This document shows, in pieces, positions 1 to 13,226 of a stretch of DNA of 64,000 nucleotides. The notes beneath the pieces were generated by a model, which ran no database searches, was not told the origin of the DNA, and was given only the letters and a program-made list of their open reading frames with translations. How positions within the stretch are numbered: the first letter of the stretch is position 1; each line of letters opens with the position of its first letter. Source of the DNA: Sphyrna mokarran (Eukaryota); NCBI GenBank assembly GCA_024679065.1, contig JAGIQG010000004.1:14136001-14200000 (forward strand). The letters are read 5' to 3'. The position numbers and the translations under genes are program-made.

Positions 1-360
1 GCTGTCTTGAAATGTGCTGATGATATAGCATTATGTCTGAGGAAAGGTAGGTTCTCCGTTCATACACAAGTATTGAAAGTATCTTCTGGCACAAGATCAA
101 TATCGAACGATACAATAGCTTCTTTCATATAAAACATATCAAAGGTCTTTTATTCCCCAGTCCAGTTTTCTGTTGTCATCCCTTGGAGGAACAAACTCAC
201 ACTAGCATATGATTGCCACAAACCATGACCAATCTCTGGTCCTTTGCCCTGCAGCCATTCTTTATATGTGAACCCATATAATGATTACGGGGAAGCACCA
301 CTTTCCGATCTTGTCCCAATCCTAATGACTTTCCAATAAGAATCGCAAGACCAGGAAATC
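1..360 (+). mobile_element. Degraded L1/Tx1-type LINE reverse transcriptase fragment
   Basis: Frame 1 gives LKCADDIALCL (YADD-like motif), followed by a frameshifted SG-(Y)KINIE motif typical downstream of the L1/Tx1 RT core. Confidence 0.45.
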
Positions 361-420
361 TGGCTTGAATGTCTTTTTTCCACTTAGAAACCAGGAACAG
401 CTAACACAGCATGGATATCA

Positions 421-611
421 GCTGGAATTCTCGGCCCCCCTCACTGTGGTATTTTTCCCAGTGGCAGAAGATGGCGAGCTGTTGACCAGCGGTGGGATCT
501 GCCGGTCTTGCCACTGTCAATGGGGTTTCCCATTGAATCCACCTCATGTCGCTGGGAAACAGTGTGTTCTTGGTGTGAAGAACTGGAAGATTATGTCTCT
601 AGAATCCAGCC
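421..611. mobile_element. Short TIR element (Harbinger-type MITE)
   Basis: Ends gctggaattct... and ...agaatccagcc are imperfect inverted repeats. Related copies near 1428-1565, 11400-11572, 61505-61720 and 62188-62380. Confidence 0.5.
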
Positions 612-1683
612 TGGACTCTGTGCATTTTCCTGGCTTGGTTCTAGACTAAACAACTGGCAATAAGCCACTGGGGTATGACTTGTATGTATATGATTGAACC
701 AATTAAAACTGAATTTATGCATGTGTTGTGGAATAATGCATGTTTACGTTAGGAGTATCAGCATTTAACATAGAACATAGAACACCACAGCACAAACAGG
801 CCCTTCGGCCCACGAGTTGTGCCGATCACATCTATATCTACCAAAACACTGAATTTGAAACACTGAAACTCAGTGAGTATAGATCTTTCAGAAATACCTA
901 TTGATAGTGATTTCTGTTGAACTGTGGAGGGGTTCCCATCAATATTGACTGAGACCGAAAATCTTAAGGGCATTACTTCTGTGAGCAAGCACTTGGGAGG
1001 GAAAACAACAGCCTGTCAGTATGAAGGAATGACATGACCATGAATCCTAACACCGAGAGAAAGATTTGACTGGATTTTCTGCATAAAAATGGAAGTGGCT
1101 TTTGCATCCCCTCCCACATCCTGCTTCACTCCCTCGTTGGCAGTTTTAATTAATATTTCTTTCCTAGTCACCATTTATGGTTTGTTTCAAATAGGGAAAC
1201 AGAGAAAGAAATTATGTGTCAGCATGAAACTTGTGCATTTCTGTTCTTTTTTTATTGTTTCATTGTTTATTTGTTATGCACTCAGGGGGGCGGGGTGCAA
1301 AAGTGTAGCTGCCATTAAAACCAGTTGAAAGCAGATAGAACAGCAGTGAATGGGTAGGGCTCTGGCAGCAGGGATTACTATTTTGATAAAGCCAGGCTGT
1401 GCTTTCTGTCTCTCCTATTGTTTAATTGGGCTGAAATTCTCCTACTGTTTGTGTCAGTGGGATTTTCCCATCCCGCTGCAGTGAATGGAGATTTGACTTA
1501 TCACCAAATTCCTGTCTTCGCTGCAGCGGGAGCGTGGCGTGAATGGGCGGAAAGATTGCATTATGGCCTTTAAAGGAGAGATACTCCAAGAGTCTTTTTC
1601 CACTGTTACTTCACACTATGAATAGGGAAGAAGGCATTAGTCTGAAAATTGCAAGGTCAATATTCTTCTGTCATGGTTCGCTT

Positions 1684-2471
1684 TGTTAGGATGCCAGAGC
1701 AGAAACTCCAAGTATATTAAGAAACCCAACTAGATCCTAATAATTTTTTCTACTTTGGCATCAGTGTGATAAGGTGGTTCACTCCATTTGTGATTCTGTT
1801 GACACACTAGCAAGGTTTTGACAAAACAAACTTTATTTAACAATACAGTTTAACTATAACAAATTAATTAGCTTAGCTTTTACCATTGCAATACTTAAAC
1901 ATGACAAGATACAATTTTTAACTGCTAAGCTACCTCTATTAATTCCAATTTAAGTAATATTCCTCTTATAGACTTAAACCCCTCTTCAAAACCAGTTAGC
2001 AAGAAACACAGGCTTACATATTTTTACTTGTTAACAGTCCTAGCACCTTTGACCATCTCTAGAGATAGAGTGACGGGAAGATACCTGTCTCTGACAGCCC
2101 AAAGAGCACACTCCAGAGAGAGAGAGAGAGACAGTAGAAATTGACTGTTTAAGAGTCAAAGAGAACTGTATGTTTTCTCTACAACCTTTGCTCCACCCTT
2201 TTATATAACTCTGCCTCTGTTAATCAGTCTAATCAAAACCCCTCTCAAACTCCAAGGATAAAACCAAAATAAACAAAAATGTATTAACTCAGATTGAAAC
2301 AAACACCCCATTATCTAAAATAAATTATTCTCCTGCGTTCTCAGCATGAAGCTGCCTGTTTTGCAGTCAAATTGGCACTTTGTAAATTTGTAAATTGGAG
2401 CTGAATTTTAAATATACTCTTGACAAGAAGTTTGATATAAATACATTTCTTAAAGAGGCAGCGTCATCACA
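1684..2471 (-). mobile_element. Probable solo LTR
   Basis: TG...CA termini, reverse-strand TATA-like (tttatata near 2200) and AATAAA (ctttatt near 1831) motifs. A homologous copy in the opposite orientation lies at about 18790-19371. No TSD recognised. Confidence 0.55.
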
Positions 2472-2734
2472 ACCTGATTTTTCTGGTTGTTTATTTGCAC
2501 TCCAATTCTCTGATCATTGTGCTCATTTGAGCAGGAATGTGCTATCAATTTTGGACCTTGAATCTAAACAAGTATTTTAATAATTATTGTTTGCTGCATT
2601 ATATTCTAGGTGGCTGTGGTATCACACTCATTATTTATGCACAGTGCAATGCAAGATTAATGTCTTAAAATCAGATTTGGTCATGTTTAATTTTACTCTT
2701 GCAGTTTAAAGTTTTTGCATTTAAAGAGGTGGCA

Positions 2735-3035
2735 AAATGGCAAAGTGGTTAGCACTGCTGCTTCACAGTGCCAGGGAACCAGGTTCAGTTTCCAGCTTGG
2801 CTCACTGTCTGTGTGGAATTTGCACGTTCTCCCCATTGTCAGCATGTGTTTCCTCAGGCGCTCCAGTTTTCCCCCACAGTCGGAAAGACTTTCTGGTTAA
2901 ATGCATTAGCCATGCTAAATTCTCCCTCAGTGTACCCGAACAGGCGTTAAAGAGTGGCAACTAGGGGATTTTCACAGTAACTTCATTGTAGTGTTAATGT
3001 AAGCCTACTTGTGACACTAATAAATAAACTTTTAA
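2735..3035 (+). mobile_element. HE1/V-SINE-like tRNA-derived SINE, tail type B
   Basis: A-box/B-box-like head (gtggttagcactgctg...ggttcagtttcc), V-core (gtggaatttgcacgttctcccc) and tail ...ttgtgacactaataaataaacttt. Confidence 0.85.
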
Positions 3036-3399
3036 GAAAAACCTTTAATTTTACTCTTGAGGTTTTCTTCTTAAACAATATAAAAATACATGATGTTAAA
3101 TTAGGTATTATGGGAGCACATTTGCAGAGTGTTGGATTGGGATTCCAGATAGGTATCAGTTTGACTCAGGCTGTTGTACTCTTACTTTGAGGATTCCACG
3201 CCCATTTTAAGGATTTGAGTTAGAATTGTTGTCCTTTGGCTGTGATGATGAACTGAAGTGCTGTCTACCTGTTGAGGTGGGCACTAAAGACTCTGTGATA
3301 ATATTTGAAGAAGAGGCAGTAGTTTTTCAGTGTCCTTGCTCAACATCACTCCCTCAATCAGTGCCACAAGTGGATTACCATTACGAAATGGATGTTTTA

Positions 3400-5100
3400 T
3401 TCATTATTTCATAAGATCTCAGCATCACTGGTAACTCCAGCTTTTGTTGCCTATCCTTAATTTCTCTTGAGAAGGTTGTGGTACGTTGTGCCCTGTGTAG
3501 AGGCATGTCGGGCTGTGAGGAAGGATTTTGATCCAGTGATAAGGAAAGAATAGTGTCATAGGTCAGAACTCTACCACCTCGCCCACCCAGAATCAGAGCG
3601 GGCGAGGGTCCAGTGATGGAAATCTTTATTGACTTCGGGCAGGAATTTCTGGTTTTATCCGAGCAAGGTTGTAAAATCCCACCCAAAGTCAGGATGGATT
3701 GGAGGGAAATCTGTAAATGGTGGTGTTTGCATGCTACATATCAGGGTAAGTCTAAATGTTGTGCAGGTCTTTGCTGCATATTGACCTGCTTTAGTATCTG
3801 CCCTTCTACTAGATATTGTGAGTTTGGAAGGTGCTGTGAAAAGAGTCTTGGTAAATTGCCATCTAGCCCCTCGAGCCTGCTCAGCCATTCAATAAAATCA
3901 TGGCTGATCTTTTTGTGGACTCAGCTCCACTTACCCGCCTGCTCACCATTACCCTGAATTCCTTTACTGTTCAAAAACTTATCTCTCCTTACTTTCAAAA
4001 TATTCAATGAGGTAGCCTCACTGGGCAGGGATTCTACAGATTCACAACCCTTGTGTGAAGAAGTTTGTCCTCAACTCAGCCCTAAATCTGCTTCCCCTTA
4101 TTTTGAAGTCATGACCCCTAGTTCTAGTTTCACCCGCCAGTGGAAATAACTTCCCTGCTTCTATCTTATCTATTCCCTTCATAACCTTATGTGCTTCTAA
4201 AAGATCTCCCCTCACTCCTCTGAGTTTCAATGAGCATCTTGTATACAGTACTCATTACTGCCAGTGTACATTGGTGACGGTGGGAATGAATGTTGAAAGT
4301 GAGGGTTGGGGTGCTGAGGAAGCAGACTGCTTTGTCCTGGATGGTGTTAAGCTTCTTGAGTACAATTGGTACAGCACTCATCCAGGCAGGGGGAAGCTAT
4401 TCTCCTAAATTATGCCTTGTGAATGATGGACAGTCTTTGTGGAGTCAGGTGATGAGTTCCTCATAGAATCATACAATGTAGAAGAGGCCCTTCAGCTCAT
4501 TGAGTCTCTTCTGACACATTAGAAACATCTGAATTCTCATCTAGTCCCATCTGCCAGCACTTGGCTCATAGCCTTGAATGTTATCACGTGCCAAGTGCTC
4601 ATCCAGGTACAGGCATTTGTGTGGTGTGAATATTAATTGCTACATATCAGGGTAAGTCTGAATGTTGTCCAGGTTTTTGCTGCATATTGACATGGCCTGC
4701 TTTAGTACATGTGGAGTTGTGAATGGTGCTGAAATTGTGCAATTATTAGCAAAAATCCCCATTTCTGATCTTATGATAGAGAGAAGCTCATTGATTGAGC
4801 CTAGAACACTCCCCTGAGGAACATTTGGAGTGAGACGATTGGCTTCCAATCTTTTTATTAGATGTGACTCTTAACCAGTAGAATGTATTCCGCCCGATTA
4901 CCATTCTTTGATTTTACTAGGGCTCCTAGTGCCACTCTCATTCAAATGCAGCCTTGATACTAAGGCCAGTCATTGCATGTCTGGAGATCATTGCTTTTGT
5001 CCATATGTAACCGAGACTGTGATGAGGTCAGGAGCGGAGTGGCCTTGGCAAAATCCAAACTGTGCATTAATGAACAGATTGTGTAAGACCAGAACATTAT
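3400..5100 (-). mobile_element. Old degraded CR1/L2-group LINE with nested insertions
   Basis: RT remnants VPQGSVLG...FANNCT (ORF 4640-4849) and LNTIQDKAV (ORF 4187-4381). Confidence 0.6.
3880..4228 (-). mobile_element. CR1 LINE 3' fragment
   Basis: LRGVRGDLLEAHKVMKGIDK...TRTRGH...RTNFFTQ is the CR1 ORF2 C-terminus. Confidence 0.85.
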
Positions 5101-5544
5101 GCATGTTTCCAAGAAGGAGTTAGATAAAGCTCTAGGGACAAAGCACCGATTTAAAAAGAAATCACAGTCTTTTTTTTAGAATTTAAAGCACAACGGAGTT
5201 AAATTCCTTTGACGGCTCCAATGGGTTCTCACAATTTTGACAGCTTACACAGTTCCAATGAGTTTATGGACTTTTTATGCACAATTATTTCTTTTTTCAA
5301 CCATCCCAGGGTAACCAAGGGTGTTTTTTGTACCCCAAAGGGTGTCCTACTCTCCCAAAGTAACTCTTACCTCTCCCAGTGGTGTTCTGGGACCATATCA
5401 AAGATATAACTTGCCTTTCCAAGATGGTACTCTGGCTATCCACCTGAGTCCACCAAGCTCAGACCAGCTCTTACCGGGTCTAATCTGTACCCTCTGGGTT
5501 TCACACTTCTGGCTTATCATTGGAGATAGCTGATGATTTAGAAT

Positions 5545-5860
5545 CATCATAGAATCCAACGGTGCAGAAGCAGACCATTCGGCCCATTGGGTCTGCACTG
5601 ACTGTCTGATAAAGGATCTTACCCAGGCCTTATTCCATGTATTTATCCCACTAATCCCCCTAATCTACACATTTGGGACACAAGAGACAATTTAGCTTGG
5701 TCAATCAACCTAACCTGCACATCTTTGCATTGCGGGAGGAAATTGGAGCACCCAGAGGAAACCCATATAGACACAGGGAGAATATGCAGACTTCACACAG
5801 ACACCCAATGCTGGAATTGAACCCACCCACGTCACTGACACTAATGCTAATCACTGTGCC
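5545..5860 (-). mobile_element. HE1/V-SINE-like SINE, CR1-type tail
   Basis: Reverse-strand V-core (cacagggagaatatgcagacttcacac) and catagaatc tail. Confidence 0.8.
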
Positions 5861-6262
5861 GCCCTTTAAGTGGTTAGTTGTCACGATAAACCGCACGTGC
5901 GCAAATCCCGATCTGACTCATTGGAGTTAAGATTTTCATCCATTTCTACTATTTTTACTGGCAGAGAGTTCCTAGTAACCTTGCAAAAATCTGTGCCTCA
6001 GTGTAGCATTCAGAAAAAAGCAGTGTTAGAGGGAAGGGGACAAATAGACCACAGTGTGTGAGTTCCCATTTCAAACTATACATTTTGTCCTTACTTAATG
6101 TTTTGCCTTTGTCTCATTTATTGTTAAGTAACAAAACTTGATGAAGATTGGAGAAGAGTTGGAGTACAATACAGGCTATTAATTGTCTGTACAGACTGCT
6201 CAGCTGGTAACCCAGGAAGAAGTGTGGTATGATAAGTATGTTTTTTTCAATACATTTTACAG

Positions 6263-6368
6263 GTTATTGCAGACTATAATGCCATAATAAAGAGAAGTCA
6301 TTCGCCACCACAGGAGAACTGTACGAGTCAACCACAACAGGATTGGTGGGGACGGCAAACCATTGAGG
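6263..6368 (+). CDS. IRF8: IRF8-like coding exon, linker region (phase 0 to 1)
   Basis: Acceptor ttttacag| and donor G|gtaaaa. Translates VIADYNAIIKRSHSPPQENCTSQPQQDWWGRQTIE, matching the IRF8 linker (IKRSPSPP..C.SQ...DWW). Confidence 0.88.
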
Positions 6369-6511
6369 GTAAAACAAATCTCTTTTTTTCCATTCACAGC
6401 CAGTGTAATTAGATTTATTTTTTGCACTGTTTGCTTTGATTTCCGAAAGGAATATCACAGGATTAGAGGGATTCTGATAGACTAGCTAGAGGATTAGAAT
6501 CTGGGGAATAA

Positions 6512-6840
6512 TCATAGAATAGAATCATACAATCCCTACAGTACACAAGGAGGCCATTTGGCCCATCGAGTCTCTACAGATCACAATCCCACTCGCACTC
6601 TATTCCTGTAACCCCACACATTTACCCCACTGACCCCCTGACACTAGGGTCAATTTAGGATAGCCAATCAAACTAACCTGCATATCTTTGATGGGGGGTG
6701 GGAGATAACAGGAGTACCTGGTGGAAACCCACACAGACATGGGGAGAAGGTGCAAACTCTGCAAAGACAGGCCAGAATTGAATCTGGGTCTCTGGCGCTG
6801 TGAGGCAGCAGCGCTAAGCACTGTGCCACCATGCTGCCCA
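6512..6840 (-). mobile_element. HE1/V-SINE-like SINE, full length, intronic
   Basis: tRNA-like head at 6775-6840, V-core, and CR1-like tail. Confidence 0.85.
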
Positions 6841-7139
6841 TATAACAATCTTGGCTAGGAAAAAAAATTATAAACCATAAGCAATTGTTAAAAAAGAGCA
6901 GGAAAATAACAAATTCTCCTCCAAGAAAAGTGAAATAAAAATCATGGGGACTCTCTCTCTTTCTCATGCCCACACCATTTTAAGTGAGTGATGGAAAATT
7001 CTCAAAAATAGTTTGCGCTAAACATTCCATTCAGTGCTGCAACAAACATTCCAGAAGATTCTAAGCAAACATAAGGAGACCCAGAGCTGACAACCCCATA
7101 CAGAGGAGTTGAGACTGAATTAGGAGAAGGGGAAAGTCA

Positions 7140-7415
7140 CATTTGTTTATTAGTGTCACAAGTAGGCTTACAATAACACTGCAATGAAGTTACTGTGAAA
7201 ATCTCCTAGTTGTCACACTCCAGTGCCTGTTCGGGTAAACTGAGGGAGAATTTAACCTGGCCAATGCACCTAATTAGCGTGTCTTTAGAACTATGTGAGG
7301 AAACGGAGTTCCTGGAGGGAACCAATGCAGATATGGGGAGAAAGTGCAGACTCCGCAGAGGCAGTGATCCAAATCTGAAATCGAACCCGAGTCCCTGGCG
7401 CTGTGAGGCAGTAGT
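7140..7415 (-). mobile_element. HE1/V-SINE-like SINE, tail type B
   Basis: Reverse complement of the type-B tail (tttattagtgtcacaagtaggcttac) plus V-core. Confidence 0.8.
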
Positions 7416-8387
7416 GCAAGAAGCAATGGTTAGAAATTGGAAGGAGTTGCTCTCCACGACTCAAGAATGCTTCATGTATTTGTTGAAAATTCCTTTGCTG
7501 TTTAAGAGGAGAGTTTCTAAACAAGTTGATAACTGCATCAAAATAATGCAAAGGAATTTCCGCTCACCACCACTCTCTTGAGGGTAGTTAGGCTTGGGAT
7601 ACAAATGCTAAGCTTGCCAGTTGTGCCTACATTTCATAAATAAATTAATAAAGAAAAATAGATGTATGTGGCAATGCTGCACACTCAAATCACACTGTGG
7701 GAATTTGGGGCATGCAGATTGTACGAAATAGAGAGGAATAGCATGAAGTTCTATCTAGCCTCGTTACATGATATTTATGGATCAGGAAGGCCATTCAGCC
7801 CAACTTACTTAATTCAGCCAGAATGATTCCCCATCATGGCAACCAAACATTCTTAACATTCCAGGCTTCTAGCCTCTGATACCTCAGCCAGCATTAATTG
7901 GATGCTCCACAATATACAAGCCATTAAATTCTAGTGATTACAAAGGGCATTTAGTTCTCTAAGGGATAGATCTTAACCTTGTGAACCAGGCAAAATGAAT
8001 AACAGTAAGTCAGCAGTGTGTTTTATATCTCTTCAGATTTTATTCCCACTGGAGTTGAGAGCAAGTCAAAAATATCCCTAAGCCTGTTTCATTCACTTTC
8101 ATTGTGTTGCCTTTCTCCTCGACAAACCGTCTGAATTGTTGCCTTAAATGAGAACAATCACAGCAGATTAACTGAGCATTTATTTTATCGATGTTTATAG
8201 GGCCAAGGTTACATGTAAATTTTTCCCTGCAAGTGCTGAACAGAAATTGTGCCAGTACTTCCAAATTTATTCCAAATAGTCTTCGAAGCATTTGGGATAT
8301 TCAAGGGACGAGAAAGTTGCTATCAAAATGCATTGTTCTTTCTGTGTTGTAAGAGTGCCAATAATCTTTTCCTTTTCTCGCTTGCAG

Positions 8388-8441
8388 ATTCTTCAATGCT
8401 ATATTATGCCAACAACTTTGGACCCATGCAGTCCAATTCAG
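8388..8441 (+). CDS. IRF8: IRF8-like short 54-nt coding exon (phase 1 to 1)
   Basis: Pyrimidine tract plus cttgcag| acceptor and TCAG|gtacag donor. Translates (D)SSMLYYANNFGPMQSNS(G) and keeps frame between the flanking exons. IRF8 has a similarly short exon before the IAD exon. Confidence 0.78.
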
Positions 8442-8564
8442 GTACAGAATTCAAGTTCTATTGCAGATGTGGGTTTTTGTCTTGCTCACAGGTTTACACA
8501 ACAGAGCACTCCGGGGTATTTTGAATCTGGAATCCATCTTTCTGAAAATGTTTTCCTTTTCCAG

Positions 8565-8951
8565 GGTTTTGCCAAATGATTGTCACCTTTTACTATGGAG
8601 GAGTCGTAATGTCCCGGATTCCCACACGGCGGACTGATGGCTGTCGAATTACCGTACGCCATGCCCCCATCACCAGCGAGTCAGCCTTTGGGCTAGAAGG
8701 CATGGAGCAGGTTCTGTTCCCACCCACAAAGCACATAGTGAACCCGCGGCAGCAGCAAGTTACAAATAAACTCTTGACTCACCTTGAGCGCGGCGTGCTT
8801 CTGCTCAGCAACAACGAGGGCATCTATATCAAAAGGCTTTGCCAGGGCAGGGTTTTCTGGAGTGGCCCCTGCGCACCTTTTGCTGACAGGCCGAACAAGT
8901 TGGAGAGAGACGCGATCGTGAAGCTTTTTGACACAAAGCAATTTTTGCAAG
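8565..8951 (+). CDS. IRF8: IRF8-like IRF association domain (IAD) exon
   Basis: Acceptor ttttccag| and donor CAAG|gtttgt. FCQMIVTFYYGG...HLERGVLL...KRLCQGRVFWSG...RPNKLERD...FDTKQFLQ aligns without gaps to the IRF8 IAD as recalled. Overlaps ORF 8576-9109. Confidence 0.95.
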
Positions 8952-9737
8952 GTTTGTACTCCCCATCCATTAATGTAGCAACAGCCAGTTGCATTTATGG
9001 AGCGCCTTCTCATGACATAGAACATCCTGCAGTGACTGATACAAAACACAGTGTGACACTGAAGCATGTAAGGAGTGGGATTTTCCAGCTGCGTTCGCCC
9101 CAAGACTAGAAAGTCCCGCCCGAGGTCAGTGGATCTTTCCATGGTCCTCCACCCCCACCTCCACGATTCCTGTGGCGGATGGGATAGGAAAGTTCCACTC
9201 AAAATATTAGAACAGGTGACCAAATTCTCCTCAAAGAGGCAGGTTTCAAGCAGTGTCTTAGAGGAGGTGAGGATAGTAGCAAACTCAAGGAGGCCATTCC
9301 AGAGCTTTGGTAGCTGAATACACAGCTACCAGCAAAGGAGTGGTGAAAATCAGAAGTGCGCAAGAGAGCAGGATTGCAAAAGTGCAGACATCGTGGAAAG
9401 TAATTGAGGAGCGGGAGGAGGATGGAGATGAAGAGTGGGAGAGATCAGAATATTGAAAGAATTTGAAAGCAAGAATAAGAATTACAAACTTGACAGATTG
9501 CTGGACTTGGGGCTTACGTAGAACGAGGGAGCACAGGGGTGATGAATGAATGGGTGTAACTGGCATGGCTAACATTTGTTGTCCATTGCTAATTGCTGTT
9601 GAGTGCCTTTCCACTCAGGAGGGCAGTTAAGGGTAAACCACATTGCTATGAGTCTGAAATTACATAGAGACTAAATAGGTAAGGACGGCTGATTTCCTCC
9701 TCTAAAAGACCAGATGGTTTCTGTGACAATCAGTGAT

Positions 9738-10005
9738 CATAGAATCATAGAATCCTTACATTGCAGAAGGAGGTCATTCAGCCCATTGAGCTTGCACCGA
9801 CAACAATCCTACCCTATCCCTGCTAATAACCACCCCCGAAACTAAGGTCAATTTAGTGTGGCCAATCCATTGAACCTGCACATCTTTGGACTGTGGGAAG
9901 AACCCAGGGCACCTGAAGAAACCCATGCACACACGGGGAGAATGGGCAAACTCCACACAGGCAATGACCCAAGCCAGGAATCAAACCAGGATTCCTGGAG
10001 CTATG
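9738..10005 (-). mobile_element. HE1/V-SINE-like SINE
   Basis: V-core and CR1-type tail on the reverse strand. Confidence 0.8.
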
Positions 10006-10609
10006 AAATTTGGTCATCCTTAGATATTATATTTGATGTATACCGCTTCATATATATAGTATATAAATCAATTATATGATAATTTGAGATTACATAAATA
10101 AAGAGCCTAGATTTTCCATTTGCTTGTTACATTAAGCTGGGAATTTTGCCACTATGGGGACAGGGGGACACATCATTGACTTGATGGGATCAGAATAACT
10201 TGGATTATTTTGGAAGCCCGTTTGCCTACCTGCCAGCTTGCTTGGTTGTGTTAAGGAGTGGTCACAGCTGCAATGGCGAAACTCTGTGTCACTTTTGGTT
10301 TGAAAAGCTATCTTGGCCCTCAGTCGATATATCCTGTGATAAATCCTATTCAGATTGATATTTTGCATGTTCTAACGTTTAAATGAAACTCCTCCATCAG
10401 TCATGAAAGTGCCAGGTGCCGGGAGAACACAGGCAACTCTTTACACTAAGTATTGCTAAGATCCACCTGTTGGGGAAATATGTTCTAGGGTACTCTGCCA
10501 GTTTTTGTACGGAATTATAATCTGCTTCTGGCATGAAAACAGATGGGGGTGATGTACGTTGCTGCTTCATTTGGAAAATGCTGGAGGCAGTAGGAAGAAG
10601 TGTGCTTTT

Positions 10610-10865
10610 TAATTAGTATCACAAGAAGGCTTACACTAACATTGCAATGAAGTTACTGTAAAAATCCCCTAGTCACCACATCCTGGTGCCTGCTTAGGTA
10701 CACTGAGGGAGAATTTAGCATGTCCAATCCACCTAACTACCATTCTGGGAGGCAAGCCATGCAGACACAGGGAGAATGTGCAGACTCCACATAGACAGTG
10801 ACCCAAGCTGGAAATTGAACCCTGCTCCTTGACGCTGTGAGGCTGCAGTGCTGACCACTGTGCTA
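10610..10865 (-). mobile_element. HE1/V-SINE-like SINE, tail type B
   Basis: tRNA-like head, V-core and type-B tail. Confidence 0.8.
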
Positions 10866-12199
10866 CTTAACACCAGAACTATCAGAGGTTTTTGTCTTAT
10901 TCTGTAACAGTAATTTCAATCTAAGCCCATGCTCATTTATGAAAATTGTAACCTAAAGGTCCATGTCCAATAATAACTTACAGTTTTCTATCCTCCATGT
11001 TAGAAACTGTTTTGCGTTCTGTGAACAGGCAGCTCGCTGAACTCATACTGTTACTTTGTCCCCCATTTTAAAGAAAGGGAAGTTAGACAGTTGTCATCTT
11101 CAAATTGCACAGATTTTTGGAGTTGGGGATCACCGCTGGGGCCTCAACTATTTAAGATCTATATTAATGACTTGGATAAAAGGACCGATCGTATTGTAGC
11201 CACGTTTGCTGATGATAAGAAGATAGGTTTGAAAGAAAGATGTGAGGAAAATTCAAATTGACTAAGAAAACAGGTCAGGAGTAAATCCAAAGAATTGGGG
11301 TTTTTTTCAGTGGAGCTCAGAAAGTTGAATGGTTAACTTGCAGAGATCTTTAGGATTACAATGAAGGCACTAGCAATATAGAGATAAAAACACTGGGTGA
11401 GATCTTCTGGTCGCACTGAAGATGACCCCTCCATGGCAGATTCCCTGGGAGGGCAAACTGCACAAAATACCATAAAGCTTGGCGATGCTGGATGATCCCA
11501 TTAACATCCAATGGAAAACAGCTGCTGGAGAATGTGGAGTAGGGGTGGGGGAGGGAATGAAAATCCCAGCCTCTGACAATGTCTTAATGCACTGAACGGC
11601 GTGTGCTGGGATATTCTATGTGTTTTCAGGAAGAATTTCATTACTAGTTAATTCTTTGTGCACTGTTTTCTGGCACCAGATGTACTTTTGATGGTTTATT
11701 ACTAACTGAATAATGTCTCATCAGTTAATAGTGATGCACATTTCACCATTCATGTTCAGATTTTAATTCTCCTCCCTTTACCTTGACATCTCCAGTCAAT
11801 GTACCTGGGCTCAGGGGGTGAACAGTTATTCTCTGGTGTTGGTCTTGAATCTGCCATGTGAGTTGGTGAACATGCTGTCTGATTTGCCTCCCGTTTGTCT
11901 AGAAGTGCCTGACCATACTTTGCATTTTCCTTGGCCGAAATTGGGAAATTTCCATGTGGGGAATGGGATGTAAGGAGATGAAGCTTCCATGGTACTGTCC
12001 ATTTGGATCAGAAGGAACTAGACGGAATCGTGGGCTGGGGTTTTCTGGGATCCATCGTGGGAGAAATGGAAAACTTGCCAGGGCAGCCAAATGTTCCATT
12101 GAGATTTGGTGGGAAGTCCAGTCTTGCTCTTGACTGGAAAATCCCAACCATGCATTTTGGATCCTAGTGGAAGGTTATTGGATTGCCAAGGATTGGCAT

Positions 12200-12460
12200 G
12201 ACTGTGTGGAGTTTGCATATTCTCCTCGTGTCTGCATGGGTTTCCTCCAGATGCTCCAGTTTTCTCCCACAGTCCACAGACATGTGGGTTAGGTTGATTG
12301 ACCATGCTAAAATTGCCCCTTAGTGTTCTGAGATGTGTAGGTTAGAGGGAATAGTGAGTAAAATGTGTGGAGGCATAGGGTGGGGCGTGGGTGGATTTGA
12401 GGTTGGTGCAGACTTGATGGGCTGAATGGCCTCTTTCTGCACTGTAAGGATTCTATGATT
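12200..12460 (+). mobile_element. HE1/V-SINE-like SINE, 5' truncated
   Basis: V-core and ...gcactgtaaggattctatgatt tail. Confidence 0.8.
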
Positions 12461-12945
12461 CAAGTTGGAATTCAGTTCCCCCTCACTTACCAGATTGAAT
12501 TTGGCTTCTGAAATCAATGTTTAAAGCAGCAGAACTTCACAATCCAGAACTATTTCATCAGTGGCGCCTGGTGAAGTCCACAGCCAAATGATTCATATCA
12601 AATAAACTGATTACGAAACAATCAGTACAAAAGCCTGTAGAAGGCAAAACAAGCAACTAGCCCTAGAAATGACTGACATGCTGTTCTATCGAGCTTGGAA
12701 ACTCAACCGGATTGAAGTCAATCACTTTAGTTTTGGCCAGTTAGACAATGCTAAATATTTGCCGCTAAAGGACTATCTTAGTTTATAATCTTCAGTGCAC
12801 ACTTGAATTTTGCATTTAGAAATGATAAAAAATGCCTTTTGATTGTAAGTGGATTTAAATCCAACACACTTGAGTCAGGAAAAAGGAATTAACTTTAAGC
12901 TTGCAGTATGGTACACAGTCTTAAAATATTCTTCCTCTCTTATAG

Positions 12946-13064
12946 CTTTGCAGCTTTACACAGAGAATCCCCAGTGTCTCCTTCCGAATAACAAAGTGAC
13001 TATATGCTTTGGAGAGGAGTTTCCGGACATGAAACCCATCAACAAAAAATTAATTATTGTGGAG
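12946..13064 (+). CDS. IRF8: IRF8-like penultimate coding exon (phase 1 to 0)
   Basis: Acceptor ctcttatag| and donor GAG|gtaaag. (A)LQLYTENPQCLLPNNKVTICFGEEFPDMKPINKKLIIVE contains the IRF CFGEEFPD...KLI motif. Confidence 0.95.
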
Positions 13065-13226
13065 GTAAAGAAACTCATTGTTGTAGTAATAGGGGGATTG
13101 GGAGGGGAGATGAGATTTTTGAATTATGTGTTGCAAAGCTCATTTAAAACCTGTTTAATGAAGTGCGGTTATTTAGATGATCTTATATAAAAGAAAAACG
13201 GATTTTTTTTCCCGCTTACTCCACAG

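Noticed and set aside
2735-2810. tRNA gene at SINE heads
   Set aside because: A/B-box-like motifs only, no complete cloverleaf, and always fused to the V-core and tail.
6129-6226. Open frame with AG/GT just upstream of the 6263 exon as the preceding IRF8 exon
   Set aside because: It would leave an intron of about 36 nt and shows no IRF similarity. The upstream exons, including the DNA-binding domain, are probably outside the window.
8952-9109. C-terminal extension of ORF 8576-9109
   Set aside because: Read-through past a splice donor into intron and MITE sequence; IRF similarity stops at 8951.
8693-9223. 176-aa antisense ORF
   Set aside because: Shadow of the IAD exon with no recognisable motifs.
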